A stretch of DNA of 45,571 bases, from positions 1-45,571 of the forward strand of contig DASWKP010000355.1 in assembly GCA_036396575.1 (NCBI GenBank), written 5' to 3'. The number at the start of each line of letters is the position of its first letter. Within the stretch, counting starts at the first letter, position 1. The DNA comes from Longimicrobiales bacterium. Its GTDB lineage: Bacteria; Gemmatimonadota; Gemmatimonadetes; Longimicrobiales; Gaopeijiaceae. The translations under genes were made by a program, and so were the position numbers. Below the pieces are notes generated by a model. The model did not search any database and was not told the DNA's origin. It was given only the letters and a program-made list of their open reading frames with translations. Below are positions 28,982-36,928 of this stretch, in pieces.

Positions 28982-29710
28982 TCAGCGCAACGGGATCGTC
29001 CACGCCCGCCCGGGCGCGTTCCCGACGGGCCGGCGGGTGACTTCGACCCCGCCGACTACGACCCGCACGGTTTCCACCGCCCACGGGAGGCTCAACTCCA
29101 GGACCGATCCCGCCACGGACGCCCGCACCTCGAATCCTCCCGGACGCACCAGGATCTCACCGCTCGGGCCCGCGTGACGTAGAAGGGCACCGGCGCCGGG
29201 CCCCTCAGACCGCGCCACGACGAGGGAGTCCGGACGCGCGTCCCCCGCGATCCACACACTCAGGACGGGTCCCTCCACGGCCGCCAGCACCTGGGTGGGG
29301 CTGCGCTCGCTCGTGACGGGCGTCTCCATCGAGCCAGCTTCGCCCAACAACGAGCCGGTCAGCCGGATCAGCCACGCCCTCGCTGGGGACAGGCCCACCA
29401 CAAGGCTCACCAACGCCACCGCCGCCGCCCACCGCAACGACGGTCGCCAGGTCGGCCGCCAGGGGGGCCGCACGCCCTCCTGGGTCGGTGCCACCAGCCG
29501 GATGAACTCCGGGTCGTACGTGGGTGGAGCGATGCCGTCGGCGTCCACCGCCAGCAGCGTCGCCAGGCGGGCCGATCGGCGTTCCATGGCTCGTAGCCGG
29601 CGGGCACAGTCGAGGCAGTCGTGCATGTGGCGGAGCGTCTCCTCATCGGCCTCCTCGCCATCGAGAATCAGGGCCAGGGCTCCGTCCTCGGGGTGTTGGC
29701 GCGCCGTCAT
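28982..29710 (-). CDS. anti-sigma factor (zf-HC2, single-pass membrane)
   Basis: H-x3-C-x2-C motif (HMHDCLDCARRL) and a TM helix (LRWAAAVALVSLVVGL). ATGA overlap with the upstream ECF sigma gene. Confidence 0.75.
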   Translation of the reverse strand: MTARQHPEDGALALILDGEEADEETLRHMHDCLDCARRLRAMERRSARLATLLAVDADGIAPPTYDPEFIRLVAPTQEGVRPPWRPTWRPSLRWAAAVALVSLVVGLSPARAWLIRLTGSLLGEAGSMETPVTSERSPTQVLAAVEGPVLSVWIAGDARPDSLVVARSEGPGAGALLRHAGPSGEILVRPGGFEVRASVAGSVLELSLPWAVETVRVVVGGVEVTRRPVGNAPGRAWTIPLR

Positions 29711-30201
29711 GATCCGCCCTCCGGATCCAGGATCTCGCTCAACCGGTCCAGCGCTCGAGCGACCATCGTGCCCACCGAGCCGGTGGTGGTGCCAACGGCG
29801 TCAGCGATCTCGCGATGCCGCAGTCCCTCGGTTCTGAGCAGGAGCACCGCGCGCTCCCGCTCCGAGAGCTTCCCCAGCGCGTCGCGGAGGCGCGCGACCT
29901 CGCTGGGGTCGGGCCCCTCGTCGGGGCGCGCCGGTCGACCGGGTGCCGGGACGCGCCAGGCGTTGTCACGAATCAAGGTGTCCCTCCGTCGTTCGTTCCG
30001 GTTCCATTCACGCACCGCGTTCGTGGCCACCGTGAACAGCCAGGCCTTGACGCGTTGGTCTTCCGGGGGCTGTTCCAGAAGCCGCAGGAACGCGTGCTGT
30101 ACCGCGTCCTTCGCCTCGGCCTCGTCACCGGTGAGCCTCACCAGGTATCGGTAGAGACCGAGGTGATGCTCCCGGAACAGCGCCTCGGCGTTCAGGCCCA
30201 C
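29707..30201 (-). CDS. ECF-type RNA polymerase sigma factor
   Basis: GTG 30199-30201, 5 nt after the receptor stop. Region 2 is LYRYLVRLTGDEAEAKDAVQHAFL and region 4 is LSERERAVLLLRTEGLRHREIADAVGTTTGSVGTMVARALDRL. Confidence 0.8.
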   Translation of the reverse strand: MGLNAEALFREHHLGLYRYLVRLTGDEAEAKDAVQHAFLRLLEQPPEDQRVKAWLFTVATNAVREWNRNERRRDTLIRDNAWRVPAPGRPARPDEGPDPSEVARLRDALGKLSERERAVLLLRTEGLRHREIADAVGTTTGSVGTMVARALDRLSEILDPEGGS

Positions 30202-30206
30202 GATGT

Positions 30207-32660
30207 CTAGAACGTCGCCGTCAGGCCGATGAGCGGGAGCCTGATCATCCCGCTGGTGAAGCTGTCCACCCACGTGGGCGTCGAACCACCCGGGCACCCG
30301 GTGGATCCGTGTATGACGGGGTCGCAACGGCTGGTGCTGCTGTACGTCACAGCGTTGTCGCGGCCCAACAGGTTCCGCCCCTGAATGAAGGCGCCCAGCG
30401 ACCAGCCATCGAACGCGTGGACCCAGCTCAGCACGGCGTCGAGGCTCGAGTAGGTCGGACCGCGCCGCAGGAACGGGCGGTCCAACAGGACTCCCGCGGC
30501 GCATCCACCCTCGTCACAGTCGTCATCGACCACTCGTGTGTACGGCGACCCGGTGGCCCATGTGTGGGCGAGGTTGAGGCTCCACGACCGGCCCATGGCG
30601 ACGCGAGCCGTGACGTCCAGCGCGTGTCGGCGGTCCGTGGGTGCCGGCACCGTCAGGCCCAGAACCTCGGCCTGTGCGTTCCCGTAGCTGTAGGCCACCC
30701 ACCCGGTGATCGCACCCAGCATGCGGCGCGCCGACACGTCGAGGCCGTGGGCCCTCACCCGTCCGGCCACCAGGGGTGGACGCTGAATCAGCGGGCCCGG
30801 GGTGGGATCGGGCAGGAGCACGTCGTCCGACCGCCGGCCGTACGCGGTGGCCGAGAGCAGCCAAGCGTCCGAAAGCCACACCTCACCGCCGAAGGTCGCG
30901 ATGCGCACCGACAGTGGCCGGCGGTTCGGTCCCGCCAGCATCCACAGTCGCCCGGACTCGAGGTGTTCCGCCAAGCGAGGGCCCACGCCGGCCGGCGACT
31001 GTCCATACTGGACGGTGCGTCCCACCGCCGCGGACACCGTCGCCGCCGGCGCCACCGGGAGGCGGACCGAGAGCATGGGAGAGAGCTCGGCGCGTCCGGC
31101 CCGGGTGGCGCTCCCCACGTCCACGCGCAAGCCGGCCTCGACCGCGGCGGGGCCCGCATGCCAGCGGCTGTGGCCCCAGGCGCTCAGGCGCGTCAGGGCG
31201 TCGTCCCAACGAGCGACTCCGAGCTCGGGGAGGTCGCGCGAATAGGGCCACGCCTGTGGCCCATCGTATACCGAGCTGTGACGGATGACCTCGACGCCCG
31301 CCGACCAGAGGGTGTCGCCCCGCTCCGAAGGCGTGATCTCGCTACGGATCGTGGCGTAGCCTACCCGGTGGGCGGCGGGATCGGCCGACGGTGCGCTGTA
31401 CTGGTCGTCGAACTCGCCGACGATCTCACGCACGTTGGCCCGGTAGCTGGTCCTTCCGACGGTCTGCCGTAGACGCAGCCGGCCCAGGGGGAGGGAAAGA
31501 GCGACCCTGCCGGCGAGGTTGCCCCACGTGGCGGCGGTGCGATGGATCTGGTCCGGGATCTCGCCGCGCAGCCGATCCTGTTCCCAGAACCCGCTGGCGT
31601 CCAGGAGCACTCCGCTTCCCAGATCCAGGTCGAGGCGCCCGTGGACGTCAGTGAAGTCGAATGGGAACTGAGCGTCCTCGTCCGACCCCGCAATGGCCGT
31701 CGCGGCCAGGTCCGCGTAGCTGCGACGCGCGGTCACCGCCCATCCGTTCGTACCGCCGCCCCATGCGCCCCCGCCCCACACCTGTCCGCTGGCCAGCGAG
31801 ACGTCGGCTCCGGCCTCGATGCCCTCAGGTCCAAGCCCGGAGCGGGTCCGCAGGTCCAACACCGCGGCTCCCCCCTCGGAGAAGGTGACCGGGCGAACGC
31901 CGGGGTGCACCACCAGGGTCTCCACGCTGCGCGCGCTCATGCCGGACAGGAGCCCGAAGCCGTGCAGGGGGTTGAAGAGCGGCATCCCGTCCAGGTAGAC
32001 GATGGTCTCGCCCCAGGCGGCGCCCCGCGTCCACAGCTCGGCGCTGAAGTCGTCGCGTGTGGAGATTCCGGGAAGCCGTTGAAGCGCCCTGAAAACGTCC
32101 ACTTCGCCCAAGGTGGCCGATTCGTGGAGGTCCGCCTGGGTGACCAGTCTGGCGTCCGAGGTCAGGAAGCGCTCCTGTCGCAACGTCTCGGCCGGGACCC
32201 GTCCCAGCGCGATCCGACTACCGGAGGGCTGGCGCATCTCGACGGCACCGCGAGTGGATACCTCCAAGGGCTCCAGAGGGATGGGCGCCACCTGGAGCGC
32301 GACGGCCACGCGCGGCGCCGAGTCCCTTCCCAAGCGCACTTCGATCGTAACCGACCTGTACCCGATGCGGGACACCCGTAGTCGGTACTCTCCGGGCGCC
32401 ACGTCCAGAAGGGCGTACGCGCCGGATGCGTCCGTTTCCGTGCGCGTGATGACCTCGGGCTCCGGACCCTGCTGGCCGGCGTCGTCGACGCCGGCCAGCA
32501 GGGCGACGTCCGCGCCCTCGATGGGCCCGCCCACCTCGGCATCGATCACCCTTCCATGCAGCCTGGAGGGCACCGTGCCCCGGGTCTGGGCCGGGAGAGA
32601 CCCCGTGCCCACGACCGAGCCGAGGACCACCACCACCACCCATGCGCGGAACCGGATCAT
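30207..32660 (-). CDS. TonB-dependent receptor with N-terminal CarboxypepD_reg domain
   Basis: 817-aa ORF with a signal peptide and a regulatory domain (GRVIDAEVGGPIEGADV...GEYRLRVSRIGY). The plug (DVFRALQRLPGIS, YLDGMPLFNP) is followed by a long barrel with C-terminal ...GLTATF. Confidence 0.8.
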   Translation of the reverse strand: MIRFRAWVVVVVLGSVVGTGSLPAQTRGTVPSRLHGRVIDAEVGGPIEGADVALLAGVDDAGQQGPEPEVITRTETDASGAYALLDVAPGEYRLRVSRIGYRSVTIEVRLGRDSAPRVAVALQVAPIPLEPLEVSTRGAVEMRQPSGSRIALGRVPAETLRQERFLTSDARLVTQADLHESATLGEVDVFRALQRLPGISTRDDFSAELWTRGAAWGETIVYLDGMPLFNPLHGFGLLSGMSARSVETLVVHPGVRPVTFSEGGAAVLDLRTRSGLGPEGIEAGADVSLASGQVWGGGAWGGGTNGWAVTARRSYADLAATAIAGSDEDAQFPFDFTDVHGRLDLDLGSGVLLDASGFWEQDRLRGEIPDQIHRTAATWGNLAGRVALSLPLGRLRLRQTVGRTSYRANVREIVGEFDDQYSAPSADPAAHRVGYATIRSEITPSERGDTLWSAGVEVIRHSSVYDGPQAWPYSRDLPELGVARWDDALTRLSAWGHSRWHAGPAAVEAGLRVDVGSATRAGRAELSPMLSVRLPVAPAATVSAAVGRTVQYGQSPAGVGPRLAEHLESGRLWMLAGPNRRPLSVRIATFGGEVWLSDAWLLSATAYGRRSDDVLLPDPTPGPLIQRPPLVAGRVRAHGLDVSARRMLGAITGWVAYSYGNAQAEVLGLTVPAPTDRRHALDVTARVAMGRSWSLNLAHTWATGSPYTRVVDDDCDEGGCAAGVLLDRPFLRRGPTYSSLDAVLSWVHAFDGWSLGAFIQGRNLLGRDNAVTYSSTSRCDPVIHGSTGCPGGSTPTWVDSFTSGMIRLPLIGLTATF

Positions 32661-33118
32661 CGCCGCTGCATCTCCAACTGTATGGTCACGTCCCCGAACG
32701 TCTCCTCGCCCCTCAGGCGGTCGTTGCCCACCACCAGATCCATATCCCTGAGGAATGTGTCGGCGTCGTGCTGGAGGCGGACCACATTGCCATCGAGGGA
32801 CCAGGTCCCCGCGAGATCCATGTCGAGGTCGCCCCCGTCCTCGTCCCCCCCTGGAACGAACATACGGCCGGTGGTGGTCAGATCCTCGTGCAAGCCCAAC
32901 AGGATCGAGGCCCCCCGTGCCAACCAGTCCACCGGTCCCTCACCGTCCGGATCGTGCGTGGTGAGTACGACGGCGCCGAACGACCCTTCCGCGGTGTACG
33001 AACCCACCACCATCGAAAGCGACAGCTCCGTGTCGGGTCCCGTCCCACCGTCGGAGCATCCTCCGGCGGCCACCGCCATCGCGACCCACATTGCCAGTCC
33101 CCGCGCTCCGTGCCTCAT
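32657..33118 (-). CDS. hypothetical lipoprotein
   Basis: ATG 33116-33118 (GGAGGGG 6 nt upstream) with lipobox MRHGARGLAMWVAMAVAAGGC. Its stop overlaps the receptor ATG as ATGA. No family was recognised. Confidence 0.55.
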   Translation of the reverse strand: MRHGARGLAMWVAMAVAAGGCSDGGTGPDTELSLSMVVGSYTAEGSFGAVVLTTHDPDGEGPVDWLARGASILLGLHEDLTTTGRMFVPGGDEDGGDLDMDLAGTWSLDGNVVRLQHDADTFLRDMDLVVGNDRLRGEETFGDVTIQLEMQRR

Positions 33119-33269
33119 GCTCATCCCCTCCCGTTGACGTGTCGTCGGCTCCAGCGCCGACTCGTTGGTCCTCACATCCTGGAATGCCTGAGGCGGTCAG
33201 ACTCTGACCGGGGAACACGGGTGCGGGTGCGGCGGTTGAGCGTCGGCGCTCCGAGGGCGACCTTCAGCC

Positions 33270-33809
33270 ATGAGGATCGTAAGAGGCGCGCACGCGGGCC
33301 GGCACCTGACGTCACCGGGGGTGGGGATCCGCCCCACGGCCGAGGCGGTGCGGGACTCGTGGCTCGGCGCGCTCGAGCCGGAGCTGGCGGGCGCCGTCGT
33401 GGTGGACCTGTTCGCCGGCTCGGGGGCCCTCGGGCTCGAGGCCCTGTCGCGGGGCGCGGCGCGGGCAGACTTCGTGGAGAACGGCGCCGGGAGCCTCCAT
33501 TCCCTCAAGGCCAACGTCGCGGCCCTCCGGGTGCGCAAGCGGGTACGCGTCTTCAAGAAGGACGCGATCCCCTTCGTGGAGGCTCTGGAGCCTGGGGCCT
33601 ACGACGTAGCCTTCGCGGATCCGCCCTACGGGTCCGGCAAGCTGGATCGCGTGGTGCGGCATTGGCTGTCCGTGCCGTTCTGCCGGATCCTCTCCGTGGA
33701 GCACGCAAGGGATCACGCCGTGCCCAGGGGCGGAGAGCGCCTGGACTTCGGAGACACCCTGGTGACGATCTTCCGCCTCCGGGTGCGCGCGAACCGGCCT
33801 CAACGGTAG
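33270..33809 (+). CDS. rsmD: 16S rRNA (guanine966-N2)-methyltransferase
   Basis: MRIVRGAHAGRHL..., a DLFAGSGALGLEALSRGA SAM motif and an FADPPYG catalytic motif. The 179-aa length fits. Confidence 0.85.
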   Translation: MRIVRGAHAGRHLTSPGVGIRPTAEAVRDSWLGALEPELAGAVVVDLFAGSGALGLEALSRGAARADFVENGAGSLHSLKANVAALRVRKRVRVFKKDAIPFVEALEPGAYDVAFADPPYGSGKLDRVVRHWLSVPFCRILSVEHARDHAVPRGGERLDFGDTLVTIFRLRVRANRPQR

Positions 33810-34300
33810 TTCCCGAACTTCAGCTCCACCCCGTAGTCGTTTGAGCGCACCAGGGCGATGACCTCCTGGAGCACATCCCGCTTGGGAGCGGACACCCGAA
33901 GCTGGTCGCCCTGGATCTGGACCTGGACCTTCTTGAAGCCGGCGTCCCGGATGTCCTTGGAGATCTTCCTCGCCGTATCCTGGTCGATGCCCTGCTTGAG
34001 GGCGACGACCTGCCTGGCTCGACCCAGGGATCCCAGGTCCACGTTGCCCTCGTCCAGGTTCTTGAGGGGCACGTTCCGCCGGGCGAGCTTCTCCCGGAGC
34101 ACGCCCGCGAGGGCCTTGAGCTTGTACTCGTCGTCGGCGTCCAGCTTTACGGCGCCGGCGTCGCGGTCAAAGACCAGGGTGCACTTGGTGCCTTTGAAGT
34201 CGTAGCGGGTCTGTATCTCCTTGTTGGCTTGGTTGACCGCGTTGTCCACCTCCTGGAGATCCACGCCGGTGGAGATGTCGAAGGACTCGTTCTTGGCCAT
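33800..34300 (-). CDS. yajQ: YajQ family nucleotide/cyclic-di-GMP-binding protein (UPF0234)
   Basis: MAKNESFDISTGVDLQEVDNAVNQANKEIQTRYDFKG... is the hallmark YajQ N-terminus. The ATG is preceded by CAGGAGCCCCC, and the 3-prime end overlaps the rsmD end by 10 nt (convergent). Confidence 0.85.
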   Translation of the reverse strand: MAKNESFDISTGVDLQEVDNAVNQANKEIQTRYDFKGTKCTLVFDRDAGAVKLDADDEYKLKALAGVLREKLARRNVPLKNLDEGNVDLGSLGRARQVVALKQGIDQDTARKISKDIRDAGFKKVQVQIQGDQLRVSAPKRDVLQEVIALVRSNDYGVELKFGNYR

Positions 34301-34515
34301 GGGGGCTCCTGATCTTGCTCGTCTCGTGCGGGCTGGCTCCGACGCGTCGTGACGCGGCCGGACCTGACACGGTATCCGCGCGCGGTGGAGTGGACAATGT
34401 CTGAAGGCCGTGCCTCCGCACTACCCGCCCCGTGAGGGGAGTGGCGCAACGCGCCGCCCGCACGCAGTTTGGTGCGATGCTGATCGACCTCCCGCTATCC
34501 GAGGAGCTTCATCCG

Positions 34516-35100
34516 ATGCGCAGACTCGCAGCCTCAGCCCTCGTTCTGGGGGCCCTCGTCGTGGGCACGGCCGCCCCGGCCGCCGCCCAGGACCAGGAGC
34601 CCGCCTTCCTGGCCGTGGGCGAGATGGCCCCGGACTTCGAGCTGGTGGGCGCCACCCGCTACGGGGTCCTGAGAGAGCCCGTTCGCCTGAGCGACTTCCG
34701 CGGAGAGACCGTCGTCCTGGCGTTCTTCTTCCGCGTCCGAACGCCTGGGTGAACGGTGCAAATGACAGCGTACCGTGATCAGTACGCAAGCCTCTTTCGC
34801 GACGGTCGGGACGTGGTCCTGATCGGCATCTCAACCGACTCGGCCGAGGACCTGGCCTCCTGGCAGAAGGACGCGGATTTCCCGTTTTTGTTCGCCACGG
34901 ACCCCATGAGCGACGCCTACGTCGCCTTCGGCGGCAACCGCCGCTCGAACAACATGCCCGGCGGCAGAAGCGTCATCGTCGTGGATCCCGAAGGGAGGGT
35001 GGCCGAGGTCATCCCCAGCTTCAACCAGGTGGATCCGGCGGCCTACGACCAGCTCAAGGCGGCCATCGACCGGGTGACGCCGGAGCCCGAGGGCAACTAG
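34516..35100 (+). CDS. bcp: exported PrxQ/Bcp-type peroxiredoxin with in-frame TGA (34750-34752) at the peroxidatic Cys position (candidate selenoprotein)
   Basis: Track ORFs 34432..34752 and 34756..35100 share one frame, separated only by the TGA. The junction RTPG-[TGA]-TVQMTAYRD...VVLIGISTDS matches the Bcp active site TPGCTVQ. GAGGAG lies 9 nt before ATG 34516, and there is a signal peptide MRRLAASALVLGALVVGTAAPAAAQ. Confidence 0.7.
34768..34787 (+). promoter_or_regulatory. SECIS-like hairpin downstream of the in-frame UGA
   Basis: GCGUAC-CGUGAUCA-GUACGC is a perfect 6-bp stem. Its 8-nt loop contains GU, and it starts 15 nt after the UGA. Confidence 0.5.
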
Positions 35101-35275
35101 TCCGACCCGAAAGGCCGTTCCCCCGGTCCCAGCGCCGCTGACGCGAAGGAAGCACGCTGGGGCCGGGGGGGCGCGTCGGGAAGTGGGTCCACGGAAGCGG
35201 GTGTGGCCGCCTCACGTGACGCGCCGGTGATCCCGGTGATCGAAACGCAGCCTCGGATCCCCTGAAAACCACGCG

Positions 35276-35373
35276 GGCTGCATTCCCGGCAATTATTCGC
35301 CTCAACGCAGACAGCGTCGTTGCCTCAGGCTTCCCTGGCTGCGTATTGGGCAATTATTCGCCTCAACGCACAC
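35276..35373 (+). repeat. two tandem 37-nt repeat units at 61-nt spacing with identical 22-nt core
   Basis: GGCTGCATTCCCGGCAATTATTCGCCTCAACGCAGAC (from 35276) and GGCTGCGTATTGGGCAATTATTCGCCTCAACGCACAC (from 35337). A third GGCTGCGT starts exactly 61 nt later at 35398. The array lies in the gap between two convergent genes. Confidence 0.85.
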
Positions 35374-35504
35374 GCCGCTCCATCGGGACCGTGGCGAGGC
35401 TGCGTTGGCATCACGCCAGGGGCCGGGGGGTGGGCCTTCGCGGGGGCCTCGCGTCCTGCCGATCCACCTTCCGCGGGCCTGCGGGCAGTCGCCGTCGCGA
35501 CCCC

Positions 35505-36200
35505 TCAGCCTCCCAGCAACTCCTCCACCGCCCTCGCCAGGTCCTGCCCCCGCCCCACTCCCGTGTACGCCACGCGCCCGTCCGCGTCGAGCATCACCAC
35601 CACCGACGTGGTCAGGGCGCCGTAGGCCCGCACGGCGTTGCCCCGGACGTCGTAAAGGAAGGGGTAGCCCGGGTCGTGGCCCTCCAGGTGCCGCCGGATG
35701 CGGCGGGGGCTCTGATTGACCGCCACCGCCACCGCCACCACGGCCACCCGGTCCCCGTGCTCGGCCTGGATGCGGTCCATCTGGGGCTGGAGGGCCTCGC
35801 AGGTCTCGCACCAGGTGGCCCAGAATTCCAGCACCGCGGGCCGGCCCCGCACGTAGTCCAGGAGCTGGACGGCGTTGCCGTCCAGGTCCTCCATCTCCGC
35901 CGCCGGGGCCTCGCTGCCCAGGGGGAGGCCCACCTCCCCGTCGCCCTGAGCGCTGGCCGCCGTGGGCACGAACAGCAGGGACGGCCCCGCCAGGAGCACG
36001 ACCGTAGCCGCCACCCCCAGCCACACCCGTGTCCTTGTCGGCGCCCCCGCCCGCGCCCCTGCACGCGCCGCGGTTCGCCGCAGGCCTGCCGTCCCGGCGT
36101 CCACAACGGCGTCGGTGGCGCCCGCGGCAGTCCCTTCGGCCCGTGCGCGTGCCGCTCCTGCCGGCTGCAGCCCCCCGCCCATGCTCCTCCACTCGCTCAT
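35505..36200 (-). CDS. TlpA/ResA-like periplasmic thiol:disulfide oxidoreductase
   Basis: ATG 36198-36200 overlaps the ccdA stop (ATGA). It has an N-terminal anchor (VWLGVAATVVLLAGPSLLF) and the LEFWATWCETCEAL thioredoxin motif. Confidence 0.8.
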   Translation of the reverse strand: MSEWRSMGGGLQPAGAARARAEGTAAGATDAVVDAGTAGLRRTAARAGARAGAPTRTRVWLGVAATVVLLAGPSLLFVPTAASAQGDGEVGLPLGSEAPAAEMEDLDGNAVQLLDYVRGRPAVLEFWATWCETCEALQPQMDRIQAEHGDRVAVVAVAVAVNQSPRRIRRHLEGHDPGYPFLYDVRGNAVRAYGALTTSVVVMLDADGRVAYTGVGRGQDLARAVEELLGG

Positions 36201-36928
36201 AGATTGTATCCCGCTTGCACGAAGTAGTATTCGGCCATCGCCAGCATGATCACCGCCGCGGCCCGCTTGACCCACACCATCCATCTACCCGAACGCGGGA
36301 GGACGGCCAGAGTTCCCGAGAAGAGGCCGACGGCCACCAGGAGGGCCGACATCCCGAGGGAGAAGACGAAGAGATAGGCGAAGCCCATGAGTCCCGCTCG
36401 CGTGGCGGCCACCCACGTGAGCACCACTGCGAAGGCCGGGGCGCCGCACGGCGCCGCCACGATGCCGGACGTAGCCCCCAGAAGGAACACCGCCCCCCAG
36501 GAGCCACCCTCCCGCGCGGCCGCCCACCGCGACAGCGCGTGCGGTATCCGCACGGGGATGACGTCCAACATCGCCAATGCGAAGACCACCAGGAGGTTGC
36601 CGATGGCCAAGCGCGCCCATGGACTCGCGCTCACGCTGCCGAACAGCGTCCCCGTCAGCCCCGCCATGAGGCCCAGGGACGCATAGAAGAAGGCCATGCC
36701 CACCACGTAGGTCAGCGTCAAGCCGACGGTGCGCGCCTTGCTCTGGTCCTCCCGGGACGTGCCCGAGATCACCGAGACAGTGATCGGAATGAGAGGATAA
36801 ACGCAGGGCGTCAGCGAGGTGAGTACTCCGGCGCCGAAGAGGAAGGCCAGAGCCAGCAACGGGCTCCCGGACAGGGCCTCGGAGAGCCCGCCGGCGGGTT
36901 CGATCTGGGCAAGGAGGGGCAGCGTCAT
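36197..36928 (-). CDS. ccdA: cytochrome c biogenesis / thiol-reductant transporter CcdA (DsbD core)
   Basis: ATG 36926-36928 (MTLPLLAQIEP...). Both conserved Cys helices are present (LTPCVYPLIP and GIVAAPCGAP) in a polytopic membrane protein. Confidence 0.85.
   Translation of the reverse strand: MTLPLLAQIEPAGGLSEALSGSPLLALAFLFGAGVLTSLTPCVYPLIPITVSVISGTSREDQSKARTVGLTLTYVVGMAFFYASLGLMAGLTGTLFGSVSASPWARLAIGNLLVVFALAMLDVIPVRIPHALSRWAAAREGGSWGAVFLLGATSGIVAAPCGAPAFAVVLTWVAATRAGLMGFAYLFVFSLGMSALLVAVGLFSGTLAVLPRSGRWMVWVKRAAAVIMLAMAEYYFVQAGYNL

Noticed and set aside
34432-35100. Treating 34432..34752 and 34756..35100 as two independent small genes.
   Set aside because: Neither half is a complete thioredoxin fold. 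They share a frame, and the break falls exactly on the catalytic residue of a continuous Bcp/PrxQ alignment. The choice is therefore Sec readthrough or a nonsense pseudogene, not two genes.
35276-35458. Possible miniature CRISPR array (37-nt units at exact 61-nt phase).
   Set aside because: There are only two real units, with 6 of 37 mismatches between them, and the third shares just 8 nt. The implied spacers are about 24 nt. No cas genes, leader-like AT tract or typical repeat termini are present in the window.
35101-35504. tRNA-Sec (selC) or another tRNA next to the candidate selenoprotein gene.
   Set aside because: No T-arm consensus (GGTTCGA.TCC) was found on either strand. There is no U-UCA-A anticodon-loop context: CCTCAAC in the repeat core lacks U33. 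No acceptor-stem pairing was seen either.
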